From: Acidobacteriota bacterium
GTDB taxonomy: Bacteria > Acidobacteriota > Vicinamibacteria > Vicinamibacterales > CAVVIG01
NCBI GenBank assembly: GCA_046728115.1
Contig: JBKPDW010000049.1
Coordinates: 4,482-68,481 of the forward strand
DNA length: 64,000 nt
Direction of reading: 5' to 3'
In this document: in pieces, positions 1-8,383 of the stretch
Numbering within the stretch: position 1 is the stretch's first letter
Layout: each line of letters opens with the position of its first letter
Translations under genes and position numbers: made by a program
The notes under the pieces: generated by a model
The model's input: the letters and a program-made list of their open reading frames with translations, nothing else
Database searches by the model: none
What the model was told of the DNA's origin: nothing

Positions 1-180
1 CACCATCTCGCCAAGGAAGGGTGCCTGCGCGGAATCGTGAACGAGATGCCGCGTGCGATCGATGTAGTCGACGAGCAGCAGATGGTGAGTGAGATCGGAT
101 CCCTCCCCGATCGGGAGCAGATGTGGCCAGGCGAGCCATAGCAGCCAGGTGAGCATTCCGATCACGATCGTGAGAAACAT
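1..180 (-). CDS. hypothetical membrane protein, first 60 codons only (gene runs off the left edge)
   Basis: Minus-strand ATG at 180..178 opens a frame that stays open to position 1: MFLTIVIGMLTWLLWLAWPHLLPIGEGSDLTHHLLLVDYIDRTRHLVHDSAQAPFLGEMV. The first ~20 residues are hydrophobic. It is absent from the ORF track because there is no stop in the window. An alternative in-frame ATG lies at 234..232. No family recognised. Confidence 0.3.
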   Translation of the reverse strand, partial: MFLTIVIGMLTWLLWLAWPHLLPIGEGSDLTHHLLLVDYIDRTRHLVHDSAQAPFLGEMV

Positions 181-207
181 GATCAGGTCGGACCGCAACC
201 CGCGCGG

Positions 208-274
208 GTCGACGGACCCGTCCTGAGCGAGCATCCTTCGGCCGTCAGAGTCGACGGACCCGCTCTGAGCGAGC
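208..274. repeat. 25-bp imperfect direct repeat, two copies 42 bp apart
   Basis: GTCGACGGACCCGTCCTGAGCGAGC (208-232) versus GTCGACGGACCCGCTCTGAGCGAGC (250-274). The only difference is a TC/CT swap. Confidence 0.7.
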
Positions 275-635
275 GCTCGGGCGCGCGAATCGAATGAGCT
301 GCACAGCCAGGTTGCGGCGGCGAACGAGATGGCTGGAATCGCGTACGGATGCAGTGCGAGCCGGAACGTGTCGGCGACGTACGCGGCCAAAATCGCGATC
401 GCCAGAAACGAAACGAGAAAGACCGCGATCGACTCTGCGCGCGTCACCACGGCGTCAACAGTACCACCGCGTGATAGGATTTCGCGTTTGCGTAAATCTC
501 CACCACAGAGGACACGGGGAACACGAGGGATCGATCTTCAAAATTCCTACCGCCGTGTCCTTGGTGCCCTCCGTGGCGGAGATTTGTGCGCCATGGTCGC
601 GGTTCTCACTCTGGTCGGGAAGCAAGGAGTCGCCG

Positions 636-1232
636 ATGGGAAAACGTGACCCTCGCGTTGACGCGTACATCACGAAGGCGGCCGACTTTGCCAGGCCGAT
701 CCTCGTACATATCCGCTCGGTGGTGCACGGCGCCTGCCCGGACGTTCAGGAGGAGATGAAGTGGAACGTACCGCATTTCATGTACAAGGGGATGCTGTGC
801 GGTATGGCCTCGTTCAAGCAGCACGCAACCTTCGGATTCTGGAAGCACGACCTCGTGACCGGCTCGCCGCGCATTGAGGGGAGCATGGGATTCGGGCGGC
901 TGACGAAGGTATCCGACCTGCCGCCGAAGGCGGTGCTCGCCGGATATGTCAAGAAGGCGATGGGGTTGAAGGACGCCGGCATCACGGTCGCGCCGGCGAT
1001 GCGCCGCGCGCCGAAGCCGCCGGCGAAGGCGCCGGCTGACCTCGTTGCTGCTCTCAAAAAAAACAAGAAAGCGCGGGCCACCTACGATGCGTTCAGCCCG
1101 AGCGCCAAGCGTGAGTACGTCGAGTGGATTACCGGCGCAAAGGGCGCAGAGACGCGTGCTCGCCGGATCGAGACTGCCGTCGACTGGATGGCGGAAGGCA
1201 AGCAGCGGAACTGGAAGTATATGAAAGGGTAG
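636..1232 (+). CDS. DUF1801 (YdhG-like) plus YdeI/OmpD-associated C-terminal domain protein
   Basis: The track ORF 294..1232 has an Arg-rich, implausible N-terminus. ATG at 636 is preceded by AGGAG (624-628). MGKRDPRVDAYITKAADFARPILVHIRSVV...KWNVPHFMYKGMLCGMASFKQHATFGFW fits DUF1801. The C-terminus ADLVAALKKNKKARATYDAFSPSAKREYVEWITGAKGAETRARRIETAVDWMAEGK fits the YdeI C-terminal domain. Confidence 0.75.
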   Translation: MGKRDPRVDAYITKAADFARPILVHIRSVVHGACPDVQEEMKWNVPHFMYKGMLCGMASFKQHATFGFWKHDLVTGSPRIEGSMGFGRLTKVSDLPPKAVLAGYVKKAMGLKDAGITVAPAMRRAPKPPAKAPADLVAALKKNKKARATYDAFSPSAKREYVEWITGAKGAETRARRIETAVDWMAEGKQRNWKYMKG

Positions 1233-1259
1233 CCAAGTCGACGATTCCTTGCTGACGGC

Positions 1260-3758
1260 CTATTCGTATCGCAGCGCGCGCATCGGTTCTATCTGCGCGG
1301 CGCGGTGCGCCGGGATGAAGCCGGCGGCAAGCGCCACCAGCGTCAGCGCGACGGTTGCTCCTCCGAGCACCGTCGGATCGGAACCGCGCATCTGGAACAG
1401 CAGCGACTCTGCCAGTTTGGCCAATCCGATCGCTGCACCGAGGCCGACCGTGCCGCCGACAACCGTCATAATACCGACCTGACGCAGCACCATGCTTCGC
1501 ACACGACCGGGCGCCGCGCCGAGCGCCATCCGCAGTCCGATCTCGCGGGTCCGCTGAGAAACCGTGTACGCGAGGACGCCGTACAGGCCGATCGCAGCCA
1601 GCAGCGTGGCCAGCGTGGCGAACGCCGCGGATAACACGCTGATGAAACGGTCGAGAAACACGTTCTCCCGTACCTGCTGCGGCATCGTACGCAGATCCTC
1701 AACGGGAAGGTTGGGATCGAGTCGCGCGACAACCTTCGGGATGTTCGTCAGGAACGCCTCCGGATCCCCGGCCGTCCTGACGTAGAAACTGATCGACCCG
1801 ACGCGCGCCGTATCGCCCTGTCGGTACGGCCGAAAGAACAGCGGCGGCACGTCGCCTTTCACCTCGCTGTATTTCGCGTTCTGCACGAAACCGACGATTT
1901 CCGTATCGAGCTTGCCGCTGCGATTGCCGATGTGCTTTCCAACGACGTCTCGGCCGAGGTTGAACTTCTTCGCAAACACCTCGTTGACGATGGCCACTTT
2001 CGGTGTGTCCTTTGCGTCGGCGCGCGTGAACTCGCGGCCCGCGATGAGCGGGATGCCGAACGTGCGGAAATAATCGGTGCCGACCTCGTTGAAGCGGGAA
2101 TTGGTGTCGGTGTCGGGTCCGGCCTGGAAACCTTCGACCGACACGTCATTGCCCCAGTTGTTGCCGGCAAGCAGCGCCACGAGCGAATCGGTGACGCCGG
2201 TCACGCCCGGAAGCGCGGCCAGTTCCTCTTCGAGACGACCGAAGAAGTCCGTCGTTCGTTGCGGCGTGTAGCCATTCAACGCCGGGGACACGCCGAACGT
2301 GATGACGTTGTCCACGGTCACGCCGAGATTGACGCGCGCGACGTTGAAGAGACTTTTCGTGAAAAGGCCGGCCGAAATGAGCAGCGCCATGGACAGCGCA
2401 ATCTGCACGACGGCCAGCGACGTGCGGAACCGGGCGGCGGACCGGGCCCCGGACGGTTGGCCCGCCTGACCCTTGAGCGACGCGATCAGGTCGGGTCTCG
2501 TACTGTGCAGCGCAGGAAACAGACCGAACAGCAAACCGGTACCGAGCGTGAGCGCGGCGGTGAACGCGAGCATGTTCGGATTGAGCTCTGTCCCGATCGT
2601 CTCCGCGGCCTCACGAGGCACCAGCGACACGATCAGATCCAGCGTCCACCGGGCCACCAGCAGGCTGGCGACGCCGCCGAAGATCGCGAGGAGGCACGAT
2701 TCGCCGAGCAGCTGCGCCACGAGCTGGCGGCGGCTCGCGCCAATCGAGAGCCGGACAGCCATTTCGCTGGCGCGGGCCGCCGATCGCGCGAGCAGAAGGT
2801 TCGCGATGTTTGCGCACGCGATGAGCAGCACGAATCCCGTCACGCCGAGCAGCAGGTTCAGCGGCGCTTTCGCCTCTCGCATCACGCTGCTCTGCCCGTG
2901 CCGCCCAGGCTCGATCACGATCGGCTTCGCACGAAACCGCGCCATCGTCTGCTCGCTCATCCCCTTCTGCAGCGGCGCCTCGAGGTCGTTGATGATGGCG
3001 TGATACTGCGGGTTCAGGGCGGCGTTCGCCTGCGCGATCGAGACACCCGGCGCGAGCCGCGCGAAGAGGTAGTTGCTGTAGCTGCGCCGATTGTCGAACT
3101 CCTTCCACCCGGGATTCATTTCCGCGCGCATGGTAATCGGCACGTAGACGTGTGGCTTCGAGCCGATCGTCGTCCCCTCGAAGCCGCGCGGCGCGACGCC
3201 GACGATGGTCATCGTCTGGCCGTTGACGATCATCGATTGATTCAACGCGTTGGGATTCCCGCCGAACTGACGCTGCCAGTAGTCGTAGCTCAGCACGACG
3301 ACGTGCGATTGTCCTGGAGCGGGATCGTCGCCCGGCCCGAGCAGACGGCCGAGCGCAGGAGCGACGCCCAGCACTGGAAAGTAGCTGCCCGAAACCATCA
3401 TGCCCCTTCCGTTGACGGTCTGTTTGGCATACGCCAGGTTCGCACCGAAGATTCGATGCGCCGCGATTCCAGTGAAGACCGTCTGAATCTTCTCGAGATC
3501 GCGGAACATCGGATAGCTGAACACGGCGTCGCACTCGCCGGCGACGTTGCACGACTGCGATCCTGGCTTCGGGCCGGGCGCCCGCAGGTTGACCAGCGAT
3601 CCCGGATCGTGGACCGGGAGCGACCTGAGGAGCATCCGATCGAAGATCGAGAAAATGGCTGCGTTCGCCCCGATCCCGAGCGCCAGCGATAGGATGGCGA
3701 CCGCCGTGACGAAGGGGGTCTTGAAGAGGGTTCGAAAGGCGAACTTGAGGTTGAGCAT
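1260..3758 (-). CDS. ADOP-family duplicated FtsX/MacB-like ABC-type permease (no N-terminal prefix, no adjacent regulator or ATPase)
   Basis: 832 aa. The N-terminus MLNLKFAFRTLFKTPFVTAVAILSLALGIGANAAIFSIFDRMLL is the typical MacB/FtsX TM1. There are two FtsX-type blocks (..RLSIGASRRQLVAQLLGES.. and ..RMALGAAPGRVRSMVLRQV..). The protein ends ..IEPMRALRYE, as in TIGR03434 (ADOP). Confidence 0.9.
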   Translation of the reverse strand: MLNLKFAFRTLFKTPFVTAVAILSLALGIGANAAIFSIFDRMLLRSLPVHDPGSLVNLRAPGPKPGSQSCNVAGECDAVFSYPMFRDLEKIQTVFTGIAAHRIFGANLAYAKQTVNGRGMMVSGSYFPVLGVAPALGRLLGPGDDPAPGQSHVVVLSYDYWQRQFGGNPNALNQSMIVNGQTMTIVGVAPRGFEGTTIGSKPHVYVPITMRAEMNPGWKEFDNRRSYSNYLFARLAPGVSIAQANAALNPQYHAIINDLEAPLQKGMSEQTMARFRAKPIVIEPGRHGQSSVMREAKAPLNLLLGVTGFVLLIACANIANLLLARSAARASEMAVRLSIGASRRQLVAQLLGESCLLAIFGGVASLLVARWTLDLIVSLVPREAAETIGTELNPNMLAFTAALTLGTGLLFGLFPALHSTRPDLIASLKGQAGQPSGARSAARFRTSLAVVQIALSMALLISAGLFTKSLFNVARVNLGVTVDNVITFGVSPALNGYTPQRTTDFFGRLEEELAALPGVTGVTDSLVALLAGNNWGNDVSVEGFQAGPDTDTNSRFNEVGTDYFRTFGIPLIAGREFTRADAKDTPKVAIVNEVFAKKFNLGRDVVGKHIGNRSGKLDTEIVGFVQNAKYSEVKGDVPPLFFRPYRQGDTARVGSISFYVRTAGDPEAFLTNIPKVVARLDPNLPVEDLRTMPQQVRENVFLDRFISVLSAAFATLATLLAAIGLYGVLAYTVSQRTREIGLRMALGAAPGRVRSMVLRQVGIMTVVGGTVGLGAAIGLAKLAESLLFQMRGSDPTVLGGATVALTLVALAAGFIPAHRAAQIEPMRALRYE

Positions 3759-3902
3759 AATAGTCCACTCGATAGACGAAACCTGAACGCATTTGGTTTA
3801 CTGAATTTGGTGTGCGGACGGGTGACTTTGTAGTCGGAAGAATTTCATCCCACATGTCACATCTCAAACCGACCCATTCAGCAATTGAGTGACCGAGGTC
3901 GT

Positions 3903-4367
3903 ATGGCACGAGCGAAACGGCTTGCGAAGCATATCGAGCGCACGCTGACCGGGCCCATGTGGCACGGCCCGGCACTGGCGCAGGTACTGGAGGGCGTGAC
4001 CCACGAGCAGGCAGCTCAGCGGCCGATTCCAAGCGCTCACAGCATCTGGGAGATCGTGCTGCACGTGGCGGCGTGGGCCGAGATCGCGCGCGCCAGGCTG
4101 CAGGGACAGCGCACGGGCGATCCCACGACCGAAGAAGACTGGCCGCCGGTCGGCTCCATGCAGCTGGACGACTGGCGGCTCGCGATCGAGCGACTGGGCG
4201 TCAGTCACCGCCTGCTCGCGGAGGCCACGCGCGAGCTGAGCGACGAAGCACTGGAGGCAAACGTGCGAGGATTGGACTACTCGGTCGATGTGTTGCTCCA
4301 CGGCGTGATCGAGCACGGGACGTATCATGGCGGGCAAATCATGATGCTGCGGAAAGCGCTTGGATAG
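3903..4367 (+). CDS. DinB-family (DinB_2-like) metal-dependent protein
   Basis: MARAKRLAKHIERTLTGPMWHGPALAQVLEGVTHEQAAQRPIPSAHSIWEIVLHVAAW...GTYHGGQIMMLRKALG shows the His-containing four-helix pattern of the DinB superfamily. ATG at 3903 follows GAGG (3894-3897). The track start at 3885 is a TTG. Confidence 0.75.
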   Translation: MARAKRLAKHIERTLTGPMWHGPALAQVLEGVTHEQAAQRPIPSAHSIWEIVLHVAAWAEIARARLQGQRTGDPTTEEDWPPVGSMQLDDWRLAIERLGVSHRLLAEATRELSDEALEANVRGLDYSVDVLLHGVIEHGTYHGGQIMMLRKALG

Positions 4368-4400
4368 TTGCAGCGCGAGCCTCTCTGGCGAGCGGAACAG

Positions 4401-4964
4401 ATGAAGCCAAAATTCTTCAGATCGCAGCCCGACTTCCGCAAATGGCTCGAGAAGAACCATGCCACCCAAAAGGAGCTGTGGGTCGGCTTCTACAAGAAGG
4501 CGTCCGGCAGGGGCGGGCTCGTGTATGAGGAGGCGCTCGACGAAGCCCTGTGCTTCGGCTGGATCGATGGCCTGGTCAAGCGCTTCGACGAGATCAGCTA
4601 CATGCAACGGTTCACGCCGCGGACCCGCGCGAGCTCGTGGAGTCTGGTGAACACGAAGCGCGTCGGCGAACTCACCAGACGCGGCGTGATGGCGCCCGCG
4701 GGGCTGAAGGCCTTCCGCGAGCGGAATCTCAAGCGATCCGGCGTTTACTTGTACGAGCAGAAGGATCGTTCGCTCGACCCTGCCTATGAAAAGACCTTCA
4801 AGGCAAACGAAACGGCGTGGACGTATTTTCAAGCGCAGCCACCGGGTTACCGTCGGCTCGCCATCATGTACATCATGACCGCGAAGAAGGAAGAGACACG
4901 ACAGAAACGCCTGGACGCCATCGTGAAGGCGTCGGCGGAACAGCAGAGGACTCGATGGATGTGA
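4401..4964 (+). CDS. YdeI/OmpD-associated family protein
   Basis: MKPKFFRSQPDFRKWLEKNHATQKELWVGFYKKASGRGGLVYEEALDEALCFGWIDGLVKR... is typical of the YdeI family. I chose ATG 4401 over the TTG at 4368. Confidence 0.75.
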   Translation: MKPKFFRSQPDFRKWLEKNHATQKELWVGFYKKASGRGGLVYEEALDEALCFGWIDGLVKRFDEISYMQRFTPRTRASSWSLVNTKRVGELTRRGVMAPAGLKAFRERNLKRSGVYLYEQKDRSLDPAYEKTFKANETAWTYFQAQPPGYRRLAIMYIMTAKKEETRQKRLDAIVKASAEQQRTRWM

Positions 4965-5473
4965 CCTCGGCCAGCGCACCGGACCGTCGCGCCTTTCGGA
5001 TCGAGACCGCGACCGAACGCGACGTGCCGCTGATCCTGCAGTTGATCAAGGGCCTTGCGGAATACGAGCGGCTGGCCGATCACGTGACGGCCACCGAGGA
5101 AGGGCTGCGCGCGTCGTTGTTCGGCGAGCGTCCCGATGCCGAAGTGCTGATTGCGTACGACCAGGCGAAGCCTGTCGGGTTCGCGCTGTTCTTCCACAAC
5201 TACTCGACATTCCTGGGTCAGCGCGGTCTGTATCTCGAGGACCTGTTCGTGTTGCCCGACTGGCGGCGTCGCGGCGTGGGACGGCAGCTCCTTGCGCGCC
5301 TGGCACGGCTGGCCATCGAACGCCGATGCGGACGGCTCGAGTGGGCAGTACTCGACTGGAACGCGCCAGCGATTCGCTTCTACAAGGCTCTGGGGGCGCG
5401 GCCGATGGCCGACTGGACGGTGTTTCGACTCACGGGCGATGCGTTATCCACTCTTGCCAAAACGGAAGTCTGA
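4955..5473 (+). CDS. GNAT-family N-acetyltransferase (diamine/SSAT-like)
   Basis: ...LYLEDLFVLPDWRRRGVGRQLLARLARLAIERRCGRLEWAVLDWNAPAIRFYKALGA is the GNAT motif A/B region. ATG 4955 overlaps the upstream stop (4962-4964), which suggests translational coupling. Confidence 0.85.
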   Translation: MDVTSASAPDRRAFRIETATERDVPLILQLIKGLAEYERLADHVTATEEGLRASLFGERPDAEVLIAYDQAKPVGFALFFHNYSTFLGQRGLYLEDLFVLPDWRRRGVGRQLLARLARLAIERRCGRLEWAVLDWNAPAIRFYKALGARPMADWTVFRLTGDALSTLAKTEV

Positions 5474-5533
5474 AGTCTCAAGTCTGAAGTACGAAGTCCG
5501 ACCTTGGACTTCAGACTTCAGACTTCAGACTTT
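5465..5533. terminator. long imperfect hairpin built from GAAGTCT/AGACTTC heptamers between convergent genes (candidate bidirectional terminator)
   Basis: Left arm: GAAGTCTGAAGTCTCAAGTCTGAAGTACGAAGTCC (5465-5499). Loop: GACCTT. Right arm: GGACTTCAGACTTCAGACTTCAGACTT (5506-5532). The GNAT stop (5471-5473) lies inside the left arm. The stop of the minus-strand gene (5532-5534) touches the right arm. Confidence 0.6.
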
Positions 5534-6746
5534 AGGGTTTAGCGCGGCCTTTGTTCTCGTACCAGCGGATCACGCCGCCGGCGCCCGTGCAGACGAGGTC
5601 CGGCAGCCGATCGCCGTTCATGTCGGCAGCGACGCAACCATTCATCGCCGCCTTGTCTTCGATGCGGCGGTATTGCCACTGGCCGTTCGCTGGATCGGCC
5701 GGCGCGTAGAAGACGTGAACGCCCGGCGTAGGATTGGGATTCCGCTCCGTGACACGCCCGTTGTCGTTGGCGATCACATCGTCGCGGCCGTCGCCGTTCA
5801 GGTCGACCACTGCCACCTCGTGTCCGCTGGAGACCTTGTCGAAGATGACCCGGCGATGCCAGGTGCCACCGCCTTCCGTGTAGATCACCACTTCGTTGCC
5901 ATGCCATGGTTCGACCGCGGCGAGAAAGCGTTTGCCGTCTTGTTTGCCGACGCCGACATCGCTCGCGCCGAGGCGCGGCGCCTTCTCGGCGTGGGCGGAC
6001 GACAGCAGCAGTTTCTCGAACTTCATCGTGTCGCCGCTGCCCATCCCGCGGTAGAGCGCGATGCCCTCGAAGCTGGCCACCAGGAACTGCTCGCGCCTGG
6101 TGCCGTCCCACGCCACCGGCCGCACGCGGTGGATGATGCCGGGAATGTCGTTGGCGACGAGATGTCGCTTCCAATCCTTTGGGCTGTACCAGAAGATCGA
6201 CGCCTTGTCCTGGTCGTAGGTTGGCGCCGCGCCGGCTTCTCCGATCAGCGGCGCGTTAATCAGCTCTTTCTTGCCGTCGCCGTCGAGGTCGGCCCACGCC
6301 ACGTGGTGTGAGGTCGGAAACTGATCGATTTTCTCGACCTTCCAGGGTTGACGCGGATCCCCCTCGTGGTGGGCGATCCAAATGAGCCCCGCACTGTTGG
6401 CGGGCTGCATCGCAAACGAGCTCTGGAACGCGATCTCCGGAATGCCGTCGCCGTCGATGTCGGCCATCGCCTGATTCACGATCTGCAGCGTGTCCGAGAC
6501 GATCACGTGCCGGGTCCACGACGGGTTCTCATACCAGGCAAGCTCAGGCACCGACAACGAATTGGCAATGACGTCGAGCTTGCCGTCCTTGTTGAAATCC
6601 GCCACCGAGACCGAATAGCCACCTCGGAAATTCGCGTCGATATCGTGTGGCACGAAATCCACCGGTCCCGAGGGTGATGCACCTCGAAGAGCGGCGGCGA
6701 CGGCGAACACTGCCACTGCGGCGAAACCTGTAGATTTGGCACTCAT
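5532..6746 (-). CDS. secreted FG-GAP/VCBS repeat protein
   Basis: Repeated Ca-binding FG-GAP motifs: DFNKDGKLDVIAN, DIDGDGIPEIAF, DLDGDGKKELI, DLNGDGRDDVIAND, DMNGDRLPDLVCTG. A start at 6746 gives the signal-like MSAKSTGFAAVAVFAVAAALRGA. The longer track ORF would overlap the divergent neighbour. Confidence 0.8.
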   Translation of the reverse strand: MSAKSTGFAAVAVFAVAAALRGASPSGPVDFVPHDIDANFRGGYSVSVADFNKDGKLDVIANSLSVPELAWYENPSWTRHVIVSDTLQIVNQAMADIDGDGIPEIAFQSSFAMQPANSAGLIWIAHHEGDPRQPWKVEKIDQFPTSHHVAWADLDGDGKKELINAPLIGEAGAAPTYDQDKASIFWYSPKDWKRHLVANDIPGIIHRVRPVAWDGTRREQFLVASFEGIALYRGMGSGDTMKFEKLLLSSAHAEKAPRLGASDVGVGKQDGKRFLAAVEPWHGNEVVIYTEGGGTWHRRVIFDKVSSGHEVAVVDLNGDGRDDVIANDNGRVTERNPNPTPGVHVFYAPADPANGQWQYRRIEDKAAMNGCVAADMNGDRLPDLVCTGAGGVIRWYENKGRAKP

Positions 6747-6875
6747 GGCGCCATCATCTTCGAGCGCCGGGGGTTGTTCAAGCGGTTTTGCGCCCTTCCC
6801 TGCCTTTTCTGCCCGTTTCGGCATCGACCGCGCTACAATGCTCCGATCGTTTGGCCGTTCTTTCACGGAGGCACT

Positions 6876-8039
6876 ATGACTGTTTCACGCCGGAACTTCG
6901 TGGGTGGCTTTGCAGCGGCCCTGGGATATCTGGGAGTCGGTCCAGAGATTGATCTGTTCGCGCAGGGCCAGGGCCGCACCGGCGTACCGCGGCCGGGCAT
7001 GGACGAATACGACCAGATCGCGCACCTGTCGAGCAACGAGAACTGCTGGGGGCCGCCCGATTCGGTGCTGAAGGCGATGAACCAGTCGTTCAAGTATGCG
7101 ATGCGTTACGGTTATCCCGGCGGCGATGTCGTCGGCGAAGTTGCCAGGCTGCACGGCGTGAAGCAAGAGAACGTGCTGCTCACGGCGGGTTCAGGCGAAG
7201 TGCTCGACGTCGTCGGTACGACGTACTTGATGAACGGCAAGAAGGTGCTCGGCGTGGAGCCGACGTACAGCTCGGTCTACCAGCATGCGACGAGCATCAA
7301 ATCGTCGGCGATCAAGCTGCCGCTGGCGAAGGATTTCCGTCAGAGCATTCCCGCATTCATCAAGGCCGCCAACGAGCACGCCAGCGAAATCGGGCTCGTG
7401 TACCTCTGCAACCCGAACAACCCGACCGGCGTGATCGTGACGAAGGACGAAGTGAAGGAACTGCTCGACGGCATCCCGAAGGACATGCCGGTGCTGATCG
7501 ACGAGGCGTACCATCATTTCGTCGACGATCCGAAGTACGCCACGTCGATTCCGTACGTGCTCGAGGGTCGTCCGGTCATCATCGCGCGCACCTTCTCGAA
7601 GATTGCCGCGCTGGCCGCAATGCGAATCGGCTACGCGGTCGCTCCCGCGGAGATGATTCAGAAGATGCGTCCATACAGCATGGGCAGCGTCAACGTCGCC
7701 GCTCGATTCGGCGCAGTCGCGGCGCTCAAGGACACGCAGGGCCAGGCCGAGATCAAGAAGCGTACGATCACGCTCCGCAAGAAGACGCAGGCGGATCTGG
7801 AAGCCTACGGCTACGAGACCATTCCATCGGAAACCAACTTCTTCATGGTGAGCATCCCCCGCGAGATCCAGCCGGTGATCGAGGAGTTCCGCCAGAAGAA
7901 AGTTGCCGTCGGGCGTCCGTTCCCCCCGATGACGAAACACATGCGCGTGTCGGTCGGCACCGAGGACGAGATGGCGCGGTTCGTGACCGCGTTCAAGGAA
8001 ATCTTCCCGGCGAAGTCTCGGACTACCGCAGGCGGGTAG
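6876..8039 (+). CDS. class I/II PLP-dependent aminotransferase (HisC-like) with twin-arginine signal
   Basis: GGAGG (6866-6870) precedes ATG 6876. The N-terminus MTVSRRNFVGGFAAALGYLGVG is Tat-like. SSNENCWGPPDSV and the PLP-lysine motif RTFSKIAALAAMRIGY are typical of the histidinol-phosphate aminotransferase family. Confidence 0.8.
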   Translation: MTVSRRNFVGGFAAALGYLGVGPEIDLFAQGQGRTGVPRPGMDEYDQIAHLSSNENCWGPPDSVLKAMNQSFKYAMRYGYPGGDVVGEVARLHGVKQENVLLTAGSGEVLDVVGTTYLMNGKKVLGVEPTYSSVYQHATSIKSSAIKLPLAKDFRQSIPAFIKAANEHASEIGLVYLCNPNNPTGVIVTKDEVKELLDGIPKDMPVLIDEAYHHFVDDPKYATSIPYVLEGRPVIIARTFSKIAALAAMRIGYAVAPAEMIQKMRPYSMGSVNVAARFGAVAALKDTQGQAEIKKRTITLRKKTQADLEAYGYETIPSETNFFMVSIPREIQPVIEEFRQKKVAVGRPFPPMTKHMRVSVGTEDEMARFVTAFKEIFPAKSRTTAGG

Positions 8040-8043
8040 CAAC

Positions 8044-8105
8044 GGGGTTAAGGTCAGGCGATTAGGGATTAGCGGTTAGGGATTGAAGTCAGGGTTAGCC
8101 AAGGG
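8044..8105 (+). repeat. TTAGGG-like short-period (about 8 bp) G-rich repeat block directly after a stop codon
   Basis: GGGGTTAAGGTCAGGCGATTAGGGATTAGCGGTTAGGGATTGAAGTCAGGGTTAGCCAAGGG. It contains at least four GGG tracts with 8-10 nt loops, plus the TGAAGTCA motif seen in other intergenic repeats. Confidence 0.7.
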
Positions 8106-8147
8106 CTGACCGCGTGTCACGCGGTAGCCCGACGGGCGAAGGCGGAT

Positions 8148-8186
8148 GGGCGACGGTCTGCAGAGATCGTCGCCCATTTTCATTTC
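8148..8186 (+). terminator. rho-independent terminator candidate for the aminotransferase gene
   Basis: GGGCGACG (8148-8155) pairs with CGTCGCCC (8168-8175) across a 12-nt loop. It is followed by ATTTTCATTTC. Confidence 0.6.
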
Positions 8187-8383
8187 TGGCTCCATCATTT
8201 GCTGACACTTCTGGCTCTCCAACCACAGATTCGTCGCCCGCCGCACGGCCTGGTGCGACGCGCGGGAGCGGTTCGCGGAACGGTTTGGACGAACACGGTT
8301 TAGTGATTCGGGAATGCGCAGTTGGACGGTCCGTCCGTTGCATGACGGCTCTGGTCCCCACTCGCGCCAAGAGGTGTTCCGCG

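Noticed and set aside
294-635. N-terminal 114 codons of the 312-aa ORF (and overlapping small ORFs 329..649, 455..673)
   Set aside because: The segment is Arg/Pro/Ser-rich with no similarity to the DUF1801/YdeI family. A good SD plus ATG at 636 gives the expected domain start.
1932-3692. 586-aa plus-strand ORF (and the overlapping 2611..4032 minus-strand 473-aa ORF) across the first ADOP gene
   Set aside because: They are antisense or out of frame to a confidently recognised permease. The products are Arg/Asp/His-rich strings (RRR, HRH, DRER) typical of spurious frames in high-GC DNA, with no domain motifs.
8044-8105. TTAGGG repeats as a telomere or linear-replicon end
   Set aside because: The block is short and degenerate, lies inside a gene-dense region flanked by ordinary genes on both sides, and similar motifs occur at several internal sites.
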